Below, in pieces: positions 36,301-47,512 of a stretch of 64,000 bases of DNA (within the stretch, counting starts at the first letter, position 1; every line of letters starts with the position of its first letter). A program made the translations under genes and the position numbers. Source of the DNA: Saccostrea echinata (taxonomy: Eukaryota); the NCBI RefSeq assembly GCF_033153115.1, contig NW_026889803.1:46686001-46750000 (forward strand), given 5' to 3'. Under the pieces are notes generated by a model. It saw only the letters and a list, made by a program, of their open reading frames with translations. It made no database searches and was not told where the DNA came from.

Positions 36301-39300
36301 ACATTATTGCAGCTAATGTGCAATTTGCCTTCATGTGATGTACTGACTGCATAGGTAGTGTTTTATTAGAAGTAGAAGAATCTTACTGTTTGTGTGGTGA
36401 TAACATGATTTTTCTTAGCCTTGTAAAACCGAGCACAGCCTTTCACAGCTATATTGTTTGACTCTGTGGCACCACTTGTAAAGATTATCTCCCTTGGATC
36501 TGCACCAATTAACTTGGCTACTTGCTTAAAAATTACAAAATAAGCATTCAAGTATCCAAATTCAAGTATCCAAATTATAAGGACATGAAACAAACAAATA
36601 TTACATTTATATCAATACATGTGTTATTTTATGAAGACCAAAATAATTTAAGAAATGATGTTTTTACTTGCTATACACTAAAAAAATCATTTTAACAAAA
36701 TACTATAAAGATAAGAATACCTTCCTGGCATGTTCCACTGCTGCCTCACTCTCCCACCCATAAGCATGAGTCCGGGAATGGGGGTTTCCATATAAAGTCA
36801 CAAAGTAAGGAAGCATAGCATCAAGAACTCTGGGGTCCTAATATAATTCAAAACTATCGATAACCATATTTTTTTGACTTTAAAAATTGTGTACTTCTGA
36901 TTTCTAAAAATAGCCTAAATGTATACTAATTTCAAATTAAAGATAATTCTTTCAAGTTTGTATCAATTTTCAAATATGTCCCGAGTTATGGAATGCTTTA
37001 AAGTTTAAATTACAGTTATGCCTTTTTTTCTTAAGTATGTGCCAGTATACATGGTAAAAGTACAGAAAACTTACCAGTGGGGTAGTTGCCTGGGCATCAA
37101 GATATAAGGGTTTCATATTTCTCTCTGGCATGTCCTTTCTTTCCTCTTCCAAGTGTGGAACCCTTGGTTTCACTGTTAATATAATAAATACTGGCCATGT
37201 AATACTATCAATAATGATTGTGATGATTCAGATTTTGTGTGACCTGTATTTTGTGGATATTTGTTCTTTTTTTTTTTCTTTTTGAGCATGTGCACTCCCA
37301 CATGACTAGTATAAGTTTTTGACCAATCCCAGTGTTTTCACCCATATTTTAAAAGCACCCTTTCATCCATTTTGAGATGAATATTGAATGCATATTTTTC
37401 ATTCCAAACTCTGTCAGAAATTGCCTTTGAATTTGATGACTTTTTTGAATTTTTTTTAATCACTGAATGAATGTAGTTTCTAAAAGGGCCAAAATTTGAT
37501 TGTATGTCATAAATAGTCAACATAATTTTACAGTGACATCTATTTGATAAACCTTTAATTAATTCAACTGGGTGAAGAGAAAATTCAGACTCTGCACACT
37601 GATCCAAATGATTTTTTTCCGCAGTAACCTAGAGACCCACAATGCAGCATGAATGCATCTCGCTCTAACTACATTTCCATGGTAACAACAAAAATTTCAC
37701 CAAATAAATAACTCACCTTGATTTAATGGATATTAAGATAAATAGTAGTCTAAGATTAAGCCTTCTTTGTTAAAATTTGCACTTTTCATACTTCATTATG
37801 GTAATGCACCTAATATAAGGCATCATGTGACATCAGAATTTAGACATTCCAAATGTCTTGGGTGGTTTGAAGAGGTGGATCTCCATTAAACATGTTAAAA
37901 CTGAATAGGTATCCAACAATATGCATCTGAGCTTGCCCTAACTGTCAAACCTCAACATATTAATATAATTTATTTTTGAAGAATGAAATATTATTTTTAA
38001 GTTTTCAGCTCCATGGCTATTTGTTGCATGCCAGTAACAAATGTAAATAAATATAAGTAATAAGGTTTATCTTATAAAACATCTGAGGGTATAATGATAC
38101 AATTTGGTAAGCATGGTAAGTGCTTGATTATTCTCATTAGAGAAGTGGACAGGCTTTTGCCTGGATGTCGGCGAAAGTCTGTCCACTTCTCTAAAGAGAA
38201 TAAGTGCATGATCAAATCTACTATATATGGCATTTGATTATAAGTAATGCACCAAAATCTTTATCCTAACAGATGTCAAAACATAGGTAATCAAAGATGA
38301 CGAAGCTCACTTCAAGGAATGTTATCTTTAAGTAAGGCAAATTTCACATCATATTCTTTATTTAGTTAGTGTACATCGCAAGATCAATATCTATTCAAGT
38401 TTGGTTTAAGTACGACTAATCACTTATAGTTACTTGGAAATAGACCTGTTCAAAAAACATTTATCCTGTTTACTAATCAAGAAAATTTTGGTCAGTTCCA
38501 ACATCTAAAGTAAGTCTGGAAGTTTTCATCCTTAGATGCACCATCTATGCCAGTTTAATCATAACAGGCCATAATGTTATATAGCTACTCCCAAAAAATT
38601 ATCCTGGTCACTCATCTGGAAAATGTAGGTCAGATTCAGAATCCAAAGCAAGTCTGAAAGTGACCATCCCTAGCTACATCATCCATGCTAATTTGGTTAA
38701 AATATGGCTAAAATTCACTCATGTGGAAAATCTAGGTCAAATCCAGCATCCGAAGCAGGTTGGTTAGTGTACATCCCAAGATGCATCATCCATGCAAGTT
38801 TGGTCAAGGTAAGGCTTATAGTTACTTGGGAATGGACCTGCTCCAAAAACTTTAACGTGGTCACTCATCTGGAAAATCTAAGTCAGATCCAGCATCCGAA
38901 GCAAGTGTGGTAGTGTCCATCCCTAAATGCATCATCCATGCATGTTTGTTCAAGGTATTGCTAATATTTACTTGGGAATGGACCTGCTCAAAAAACTTTA
39001 ACCTGGTCACTCATCTGGAAAATCTAGGTCAGATCCAGTATCCGAAGCAAGTGTGGTAGTGTCCATCCCTAGATGCATCATCCATGCATGTTTGTTCAAG
39101 GTATTGCTAATATTTATTTGGGAATGGACCTACTCCAAAAACTTTAACCTGGTGACTGATCTGGAAAATCTAGGTCAGATCCAGCATCCGAAGCAAGTGT
39201 GGTAGTATCGATCCTTAGATGCATCATCCATGCAAGTTTGGTTCAGGTAGGGCTAATAGTTACTTGGGTATGGACTTGCTCCAAAAACTTTAACCTGGTC

Positions 39301-41266
39301 ACTCATCTGGAAAATCTAGGTCAGATCCAGCATACCAAGCAAGTGTGGTAGTGTCCATCCCTAAATGCATCATCCATGCAAGTTTGGTCAAGGTAGGGCT
39401 AATAGTTACTTGGGTATGAACCTGTTCCAAAAACTTTATCTGGTCACTCATCTGGAAAATCTAGGTCAGATCCAGCATCCGAAGCAAGTGTGGTAGTGTC
39501 CATCCTTAGATGCATCATCCATGCAAGTTTGGTCCAGGTAGGGCTAAAAGTTACTTGGGTATGGACTTGCTCCAAAAACATTAACCTGGTCACTCATCTG
39601 GAAAATTTAGGTCAAATCCAGCATACCAAGCAAGTGTGGTAGTGTCCATCCCTAAATGCATCATCCATGCAAGTTTGGTCAAGGTAGGGCTAATAGTTAC
39701 TTGGGTATGGACCTGCTCCAAAAACTTTAACCTGGTCACTCATCTGGAAAATCTAGGTCAGATCCAGCATCCGAAGCAAGTGTGGTAGTGTCCATCCCTA
39801 GATGCATCATCCATGCAAGATTGGTCCAGGTACGGCTTATAGTTACTTGGGAATGGACTTGCTCTTAAGCTGGGACCAGCTTCGCTAACGACGACACCGA
39901 CACCGAGGGTATAGCATAAGCTCATCTCGACTTCGTCGAGGTGAGCTAAAAATGATACCTAAGTTCTTAGATGTAAAAATCTAACTTTTATGAAGGGTTT
40001 ATCACTAAAGTCGTATATGGCATATTTTTTATAAGTTCAGACTAACTAAAATTATCTTTATATTTGTTTTTATTATTACTTTATACAGCAAAACTCATTT
40101 AATACGAACACGGATATAGCGAATTTACAGATATAGCGAAGTTTTTTGCTATCCCCGTCAAAATTCTTAACAATTCCTTGTAAAATTTTACGGATATAAA
40201 GAACTCGGATATAGCGAATTTACGGCTATAGCGAACCGATTTTGTGTCCCCTAGAAGTGAAATATAACAAAATTGACATCTTTTATGCAAATTTTTAAAG
40301 ATCTTAATTTTCAAAATGTTGAACTGATAATAATTTTGTAAGTTTAAACATTTGAAACTAAATTCATTCTAAAACTTTTAAACCACAAGATAAATTTTAT
40401 ATTTCAAACTTCCCTAAATACATTTGGTAGTCATGCTTGAAGGAAAAAATTAATATAACGAATTCGCAATGCATACTTTAAGGAATTCGCTATACAGATA
40501 TAACGAATTACGGATATAGCGAAGTAAATTCACAGGTCCCCAGAACTTCATTATAACGGAGTTTTGCTGTATAAAGATAGGACTTTCCTGTAAATTACAC
40601 AATTTAAATCAATCACGTTTCAAAGATATTAGAAATTTAAAACAATAACCGATTTATTTACCGACTCAGCATTTAAACAACAGACACAGTTTAAAGTCAA
40701 TTTAACTATGGAAACATGAGGTTATTCAAGTTCTAAATCCGTGAAAATTTTAATTTGAACAAAAATAACATGTATCATGTTTATCTACACTCAATCTCGT
40801 ATTTTTATTTTTAGCTCAGATTATGCCATATATCATGTATATAGCTTTAAATCAAAAGCAAAGGCAGACCTCAATAAACACATCTACTATGCAATAGTAT
40901 GGTGGGTGGTTTTTTTTTAACCAGATTAAAAGAATTGAAAACCGTGTAGACAGGATACAAAATTAGCAAAAAGGCAGGATGTTTTCATTTTTAGTTTATT
41001 TCACTTGCATAATGGCATATCAGAATGCAGGATGTGCCATCATGCACATTATCTGTCCCTATTTATAACCACATGGCACTGTGTTACGAAATCAATCTTA
41101 ATCTGATAACAAGTATATAACAGTTACCTGCTGCGGCTGTCGCTGCAGAAGCCATTTCCCTGTCTAAATGAATTTTCCGAACTGCTGTGCATGTCTGTAA
41201 ATGTCGTGGAACCTGGGCAAAGCATCTACGAAAAACAACAGGGAAAATTTTTGACGTGTGGGCCAT
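33371..41266 (-). CDS. NFS1: Mitochondrial cysteine desulfurase NFS1, 13 exons, ~467 aa
   Basis: Exons: 41266-41128, 37172-37075, 36837-36721, 36524-36387, 36165-36067, 35978-35885, 35297-35163, 34895-34738, 34569-34464, 34289-34208, 34103-34020, 33730-33641, 33434-33371. Motifs [52 protein letters not shown] (PLP Lys), SSGSACTS (catalytic Cys), IQWSQH*; Arg-rich presequence. Confidence 0.97.
37567..37960 (+). repeat. Dispersed repeat shared with PIGT intron 1 (6030-6410)
   Basis: Colinear similarity to the 6030-6410 copy over ~390 bp. Confidence 0.8.
38440..39952 (-). mobile_element. HINE-like element with ~146-bp tandem array
   Basis: ggtcactcatctggaaaatctaggtcagatccagcatccgaagc units at about 38859, 39005, 39150, 39297, 39442, 39587, 39734; end gacgacaccgac..agctcatctcgacttcgtcgaggtgagctaaaa. 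Left boundary approximate. Confidence 0.85.
40086..40569. mobile_element. Tc1/mariner-type MITE
   Basis: ta|cagcaaaactc ... gagttttgctg|ta; internal cggatatagcgaa repeats. Confidence 0.85.
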
Positions 41267-41498
41267 TTTTGATTTGTTTTGTAAACTACCGGAAATTGAA
41301 TGAATTTGTTAATTCGTTCTTGTAATTTTTGGTATCGCGAATAAGTCGAGAAAGAGATATTGGTGCAGAACAGATCCCTCGTCAGGCCAGTGAGAAATTA
41401 CCTTTAACTTACCTATTTTTATGTACATGTGTGTGTGAATTATCTGTGCGATTTAAAACATGTTCAACGACTGAAAAAGAAGAAAGAGATTCTGAATT
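41267..41498. promoter_or_regulatory. Bidirectional promoter NFS1/PDP (232 bp between start codons)
   Basis: Divergent ATGs at 41266 (-) and 41499 (+); ETS-like ACCGGAAA at 41288; TCGCGA at 41335. Confidence 0.7.
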
Positions 41499-43013
41499 AT
41501 GATCAGGGCGAGCACTGCCCTAGGGCGAAAAGTTTCTCTCCCTCTACACTCCGTGACCTTGGATAAAATCCAGCATCATGTTTTACAGCCTTGTCGGCTT
41601 CATGTTAGCTCACAAAACCTCAGACGAAACAGAAGTAGAGTCTTGGTGTCATTCAAGTCTGCTACAAAAATTCCAGACTTAGAGACATCAGCAAAATTAT
41701 CACCTCAGCAAGTAACGTCTATTCTGGAGCTAGAACAGAGGAGATTCGACATTCAGGAGGGTGCCGTGAAAAGTGTGGATATCAACAGGTTAGCTGCTAA
41801 CGATCCCATTGAAGACAGGGATGGATATGCTAAGCTCAGTCCATTAAAATTTTTGTTTGGTGTTTATGACGGACACGGTGGTTATGGGTGTGCTAGTGCT
41901 GTTAGTGAACGTATATTCCACTACATTGCTATTTCCTTAGCTTCCTATGACATTCTAGAAGATTTAATATCTGGAAATCGAGGTATAAACAAATTGGTAC
42001 ACTGGTATCAAAAAGATCTCTACTCTGAGCATCCCCATCGTTTGTATCAAAGAGCAGTTTTGAGATATGCACGAGAAGCTCTTGCAGCTTATGAGCCTAC
42101 CAGCGTAGAGCAGCATCTTAAAGATGCTTTTCTGAGACTAGACCATGATATAATTCAGGAGGCTATTCCAAGTGAACAGAATAAGGAATTCAACACAGAT
42201 TCTCTTCTATCAGCTATGGCTGGCTCGTGTGCAACAGTTTCATACATAGACGACACAGATCTGTATGTTGCCAATGTGGGTGACTGTCGTGCTGTGCTAG
42301 GGGTGAATGTTCAAGAATCTGAATATGCTGCTGTCCCACTTTCAAATGCTCACAATGCCCAGAATGCATCTGAAATTCGCAGAATTTTAGATCAACACAA
42401 GAATGAATCAACTCACATCATAAAAAACAATCGTCTTTTTGGTGAACTTGCTCCACTACGGGCTTTTGGTGATATTCGATATAAATTGTCATTTACTGAG
42501 GCAAAAGAAATTGAGAGATATTTGAATTCTCCCTCAGCTGAAGTTGGGGGATATTATGGAGGTAAAGTTGTTCCCCAAAATTACAAAACTCCACCATATC
42601 TTATAGCAGATCCCGAGGTGATCCATTACAAACTCACCCCAAAAGACAAATTTCTTGTAATTGCCTCTGATGGACTTTTTGACATGTTATCCCCAGAAAA
42701 AGTGGTCAAACTTGTGGCAGGTCATATTGATGGAAAACAGATATTGATTGATCCTCAGATAGATACAAGTATGAATCTGAAAGCAATGAATCAATATCTG
42801 ATGGAAAGGAAAACTAAGTTGGCTAATAGAAGTATTGATGACAATGCCGCTACTCATCTTATTCGCAATGCTTTAGGTCCAGAGCACAGACAAATCTCCT
42901 ACTTCCTCTCATTACCTGACCATGTGTGTCGAACTCAAAGAGACGACATGACTGTGGCCGTTATTTTTTTTGACAGTGACTATGTAAGAAATAAAGCATC
43001 TCTGAGAACTTGA
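41499..43013 (+). CDS. PDP1: Mitochondrial pyruvate dehydrogenase phosphatase catalytic subunit (PP2C/PPM family), single coding exon, 504 aa
   Basis: LAANDPIEDR, LFGVYDGHGG, AFLRLD, LYVANVGDCRAVLG, RLFGELAPLRAFGD, NYKTPPYL, DKFLVIASDGLFDML, DDNAATHLIRNALG, RDDMTV; basic presequence. Probably co-orthologous to vertebrate PDP1/PDP2. Confidence 0.95.
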   Translation: MIRASTALGRKVSLPLHSVTLDKIQHHVLQPCRLHVSSQNLRRNRSRVLVSFKSATKIPDLETSAKLSPQQVTSILELEQRRFDIQEGAVKSVDINRLAANDPIEDRDGYAKLSPLKFLFGVYDGHGGYGCASAVSERIFHYIAISLASYDILEDLISGNRGINKLVHWYQKDLYSEHPHRLYQRAVLRYAREALAAYEPTSVEQHLKDAFLRLDHDIIQEAIPSEQNKEFNTDSLLSAMAGSCATVSYIDDTDLYVANVGDCRAVLGVNVQESEYAAVPLSNAHNAQNASEIRRILDQHKNESTHIIKNNRLFGELAPLRAFGDIRYKLSFTEAKEIERYLNSPSAEVGGYYGGKVVPQNYKTPPYLIADPEVIHYKLTPKDKFLVIASDGLFDMLSPEKVVKLVAGHIDGKQILIDPQIDTSMNLKAMNQYLMERKTKLANRSIDDNAATHLIRNALGPEHRQISYFLSLPDHVCRTQRDDMTVAVIFFDSDYVRNKASLRT

Positions 43014-43586
43014 AATTGTCAATCAGTGTAGATGTTTTAATTAGGTCTCTGAATTTTTAAACTCTTTAGTGCTACACAACCTCTAGCTTGGGAATGTGAA
43101 TAGTGCATTTATGTAGTTGTACATATAACATGCATAATAATGGTTAATTGTTATCTTTGATGTTTTTGCTACAATTTTTTACATTGTTTTTTTTATTCAG
43201 TTGTTCATGGACTGTTGAAGTTCAACTGTTTCTTAAAATCTCGGTTTCGCGTGAAGGAATGTATGAAAATAGGGCGGGAAATGCAAATTATAATACATGT
43301 ATCAACAATTTCAATTTCAACCTGGTGTGTGTTAAATAAAATCTATGCATCAGTTCGAATAAAATTTTATAAAATGGAAAAAAATATTGTCATTATTTTT
43401 AAACATGTTTATATTAACATACCCATCCGGTATTTAGAACATGTCTATTGAACTTGAAGGTTCTTTAGATCACTAGGTACTACATGTATATCAATTTAAC
43501 AATAAACTGTCATTTATCTGGGACTTTAGCAAGCATGCCATAAAAATGAGCAATTTATTTTGAATCTCTGCAGTAAAATGTTAAGT

Positions 43587-43913
43587 CAGGGGTTGAAATT
43601 TTCCTGGAAAACCCACTAGCCCAGGGGCTACTGATCAGTAAAAAATTACTAGCCCAAACCTCAAACTAACTAGCCCAACAATTTTTAATGCAGAATGAAA
43701 ACATAACATATTAAAGTTTCAAACACTTTGGTGACAGAAACAAATTAAATTAGTTCATAGTCAAAAGAAATCAGTCTACATAGAAAAGCGAAAGTAAACT
43801 GACGAGAATTTTGTTCTGCTAGTCCAACGGACTATCATTACATTTAAATTAGCTAGCCTGAGTCTTAAAATGACTAGCCCCAGGCGATAGGCTAATGTAT
43901 ATTTCAACGCCTG
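43587..43913. mobile_element. hAT-like MITE
   Basis: caggggttgaaat ... atttcaacgcctg; subterminal actagccc repeats; flanks gttaagt/gtcaagt resemble a decayed TSD. Confidence 0.75.
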
Positions 43914-44218
43914 GTCAAGTTCTATAGCAAGAGATGAAGCACATCTTCCATACTGGTTCATGGTTACACCAATGTATATAGGAACATTTATAAGGACATG
44001 AACAGGACAGTTGGTATCTAGACTTCTATTAATTCGGGTATACCTGTAACCAAAGAGATTATGGTGTCAAATTCCACAAAACGATACAATCTAATGCATC
44101 TTATCTGGGCAAGACAATGACAAGAATAATGGATATAGAGAATTCAAAGTTTAGTGCCCTATGTAAATAGATTGCATAGTATTCTGTAGTTAATGTAATG
44201 GTTTGGGCTGTGGATATT

Positions 44219-44320
44219 GGCCTGGGTAGCTCAGTAGTAGGCAGATCACCTGACCAGTGATACAGGGGTCCAGGGTTTGATTCCCGGTCCAGCCATACAT
44301 TCTCTACTTTCCTGTTACAC
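44219..44320 (+). mobile_element. Short tRNA-derived SINE-like repeat
   Basis: ggcctgggtagctcagtagtag (A box) .. gggtttgattcccggtccagcc (B box) plus tail ttcctgttaca; no intact cloverleaf. Confidence 0.65.
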
Positions 44321-44828
44321 TAACACTACAAATTATTAAAACATGCATTTTAGCTCTCACTGACAAGAGGATGTCTGAGCCTCGTCACCAAATGATTTCA
44401 CTGAAGAACACCCTTCCTCTTCAAAACTAAAAGGTGTTCACTAGTCATGCTTCAGCTAATGCATGTATCTCATCATTTTTTAGTGAGTTGCCAGAAATTT
44501 TTGATATTTTTGGAGCAGGTTCATTTTAAAGATGTTGCAAACTGGAAAAAAAACTGCAAGGATAATTAATGGGTATATGAAAAAGAGTATACTATACTTA
44601 AAACATGTATATACTGCATTTGTCCAGTACTACATGTACTGTTTAGAAGAATTAGGGCAGATGAAATGTCTTTAGACAAGCTCCTATCTCACGTACCTGT
44701 AGCATTGTACCATCACTCAAACTAACTGGTTAATGTAGGAAACAGATTCTGTCTTGCATGTTTTGACATGGAGTTCTTTCCACATAGGTTTCTTGGTTCG
44801 GTTGACCAAATAAAGATTCAGTAATTAT

Positions 44829-46443
44829 AACAAGAGGGTCACCTGAGTATAATACAGCCCTGTGTAAAGGATCCATGGAATGATAATTAAATGACAACAC
44901 AAAATACATTAAAACCTGAAACAGGAGAAAAAGGATGATCAGGTATCATCAAAATTGATAGTGGTGATCTGCAACAACTCGAAAACCTGCTTGACTTAAA
45001 TGCAGTGCTCTATCATCACCACCAAACAGAACATTAATAGTGCTTTACCAGGAAACATTACTTACATAGTACACTCAGCTTGTCCTCTCTTGGTCTTTCA
45101 ATAATATTTAATGTACATAATTATAAAGTATTTCTGTATCATTTTTATTCATCTGTTATTTACAAGTCTGTCTGACTATTAAAAACTATAAAAGTACTTT
45201 TCATATTGTACACATATATTAAAAATTCTTGCATAATTCTTTTATTCAATTTTTCTATCAATTACATTATTTCCATTGACTAAATATGGTGAGAGAATAA
45301 CGAAGAGAAACAACCAAATTCAAAGAATTGTGGTCCCCTGCTTTTGGTGTCTTAGTGCATGGTTGGGATGCAATTGTTTATGGCATATATTGTGACTGTC
45401 TTGTTAGTGTGTCCTTCAGACTTCTAGGTCAAGGTCATGAAGTCAACCAGAAGTCTCTGATGAGACTGTAGCTCTACTGGTTGTACTTATAAAGGAAGAT
45501 AAAAGTAGCACTTGAACTTGAAACTTTGCAACAGCAATAAACAGAATAATTATCCTTGGTTTAGTCTCTTTTTGTGGCAAGATTTTTTGCAATCAGACTA
45601 AACCTGTAGGAGGAGTAGCCTTTTAATGTCAATTATGCATCTCAGTTTAGTCTATTTGTATGCCAAGTTATACTGAAATCAGACAAAAAGTGTAGGAGGA
45701 GTAGCGTTTTGAAAGTATTTCAAGAAAATTTAAATTTCTATTTTTAGTAACCATGGCAACGATGTTCATCAAAATCAAAAACTGGTAAAGAGAATTATGT
45801 ATCTTAGTGTAGTCTACTTGTGTGCCAAGTTTTATTGAAATCAGACAAAACTGTAGGAGGAGTAGCATTTTGAAATTTTTTCACAGAAATTTCTATTTTT
45901 AGTAACCATGGCAACACCATTCATCAAAATCAAAAACCGATAAAAGAATTATGTATTTTAGTGTAGTCTCCTTTTGTGTGCCAAGTTATATTGAAATCAG
46001 ACTACCGGTAAAACTGTAGGAGGAGTAGCGTTTTGAAAGTTTTTCACAGAAATTTCTATTTTTAGTAACCATGGCACCACCGTTCCTTGAAATCAAAAAC
46101 CGATACACAGAATAATGTATCTTAGTATAGTCTACTTGTGTGCCAAGTTACATGTATATTGAAATCAGATCAAAACTGTAGGAGGAGTAGCATTTTGAAA
46201 GTATTTCCCAAAAATCTCTATTTTTAGTAACCATGGCAACACCGTTCATTGAAATCAAAAACCGATACACAGAGTTATGTATCATAGTGTAGTCTACTTA
46301 TGTGCCAAGTTATGTTGAAATCAGACCAAAACTGTAGGAGGAGTAGCGTTTTGAAAAATTGTTTACAGACGGACGGACAGACAGAAGGCGGACACCTTAC
46401 TATCGCATAAGCTCTTCTGGTCTCTGACCAGTAGAGCTAAAAA
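44829..46443 (-). mobile_element. HINE-like element with ~155-160-bp tandem array (45540-46360)
   Basis: Units gaaatcagacaaaactgtaggaggagtagc..tttttagtaaccatggcaac; gacg/gaca microsatellite; end agctcttctggtctctgaccagtagagctaaaa. Left end aacaagagggtcacctgag is uncertain. Confidence 0.8.
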
Positions 46444-47184
46444 TGTTATACCTTTCTGTTGGTAAAACTTGAAGGTCAAGGTCACAGGTCAAATATCAAA
46501 GCACATTCGCAAACTTCTTGTCCCAGGTAATGCACTTGTCAGACATGAACACCCTATCTTCTCTCATTCAAAAGTTATCACTAATGTTAAAATTTTAGAA
46601 AATTAGATCAAACTTCAAGGTCATGGGGTCAAAAATCATAGCAATTTTATTCAGTGGTATTGGAGGAGTTGGGAATAAGAGATGGGTATTCCCAAGTGTG
46701 TTTTGATAGAAGGAAGGACACCCTATCACTTTTCAAGGTGAGGATAATAAAGTAAATAGTGAAGTTTTGATTTGAAAATGTAATTTTTATGTTTTACTGG
46801 TAACATGCAACTTCAATACATATAGGCTACACATAAAAGTAATATTGAAAACCGAAGGGCGAAAGTTCACAATTAGTAGACAAATGTCAGTGTGAAATAA
46901 AGTTTTGCACTAAATAAATCCAGCAGTTCTCCACTCATGACAATGTTAAATCTTAATAAATGGTCTGAACATTTGTGCCTTCCTAAAATTGATTTATGGA
47001 CATGATGTATATGGAGCACTACTTGATATAATTTCAGTCTTTTTTTAACTTGCTAGAGATGGCAGGTGACGAGGGGTAGAAATCTACTCATTTTCATGTC
47101 AAGTTAACACACTCCATTTCAATTTATTGTGTGAGAATCAGTAATGTATAAAAGAAATCATATGCCTTATACTCTGCTTTGCAT

Positions 47185-47475
47185 TTTTAGGTCACGTGAG
47201 TGACTCGGTTGACCTATTGCTATCTATTTCATGCCTCGTCATGTGTAGTGTGTTAACATTTGAACATTTCCATCTTTTTCTCTAGAACCGCTCAACCAAT
47301 TTTAACCAGTTTTGGCATATAGCATCTACCAGTGATGGGGAACAAAAATTTTGAATTTCATGGTCCCTGCCCTTCTGGGGCCTGAGGGGTGGGGCTTAAA
47401 CCATCAGAATTAATGCAATCTTTTTAAAAATCTCCTTTCTCCTAGATATCAAGCATTTAAAGTGTTGGCATGATT

Positions 47476-47512
<37 letters not shown>

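Noticed and set aside
41499-43013. PDP as a recent retrocopy
   Set aside because: No poly(A) tract or TSD is seen, and vertebrate PDP1/PDP2 coding regions are also essentially single-exon, so lack of introns is not unusual.
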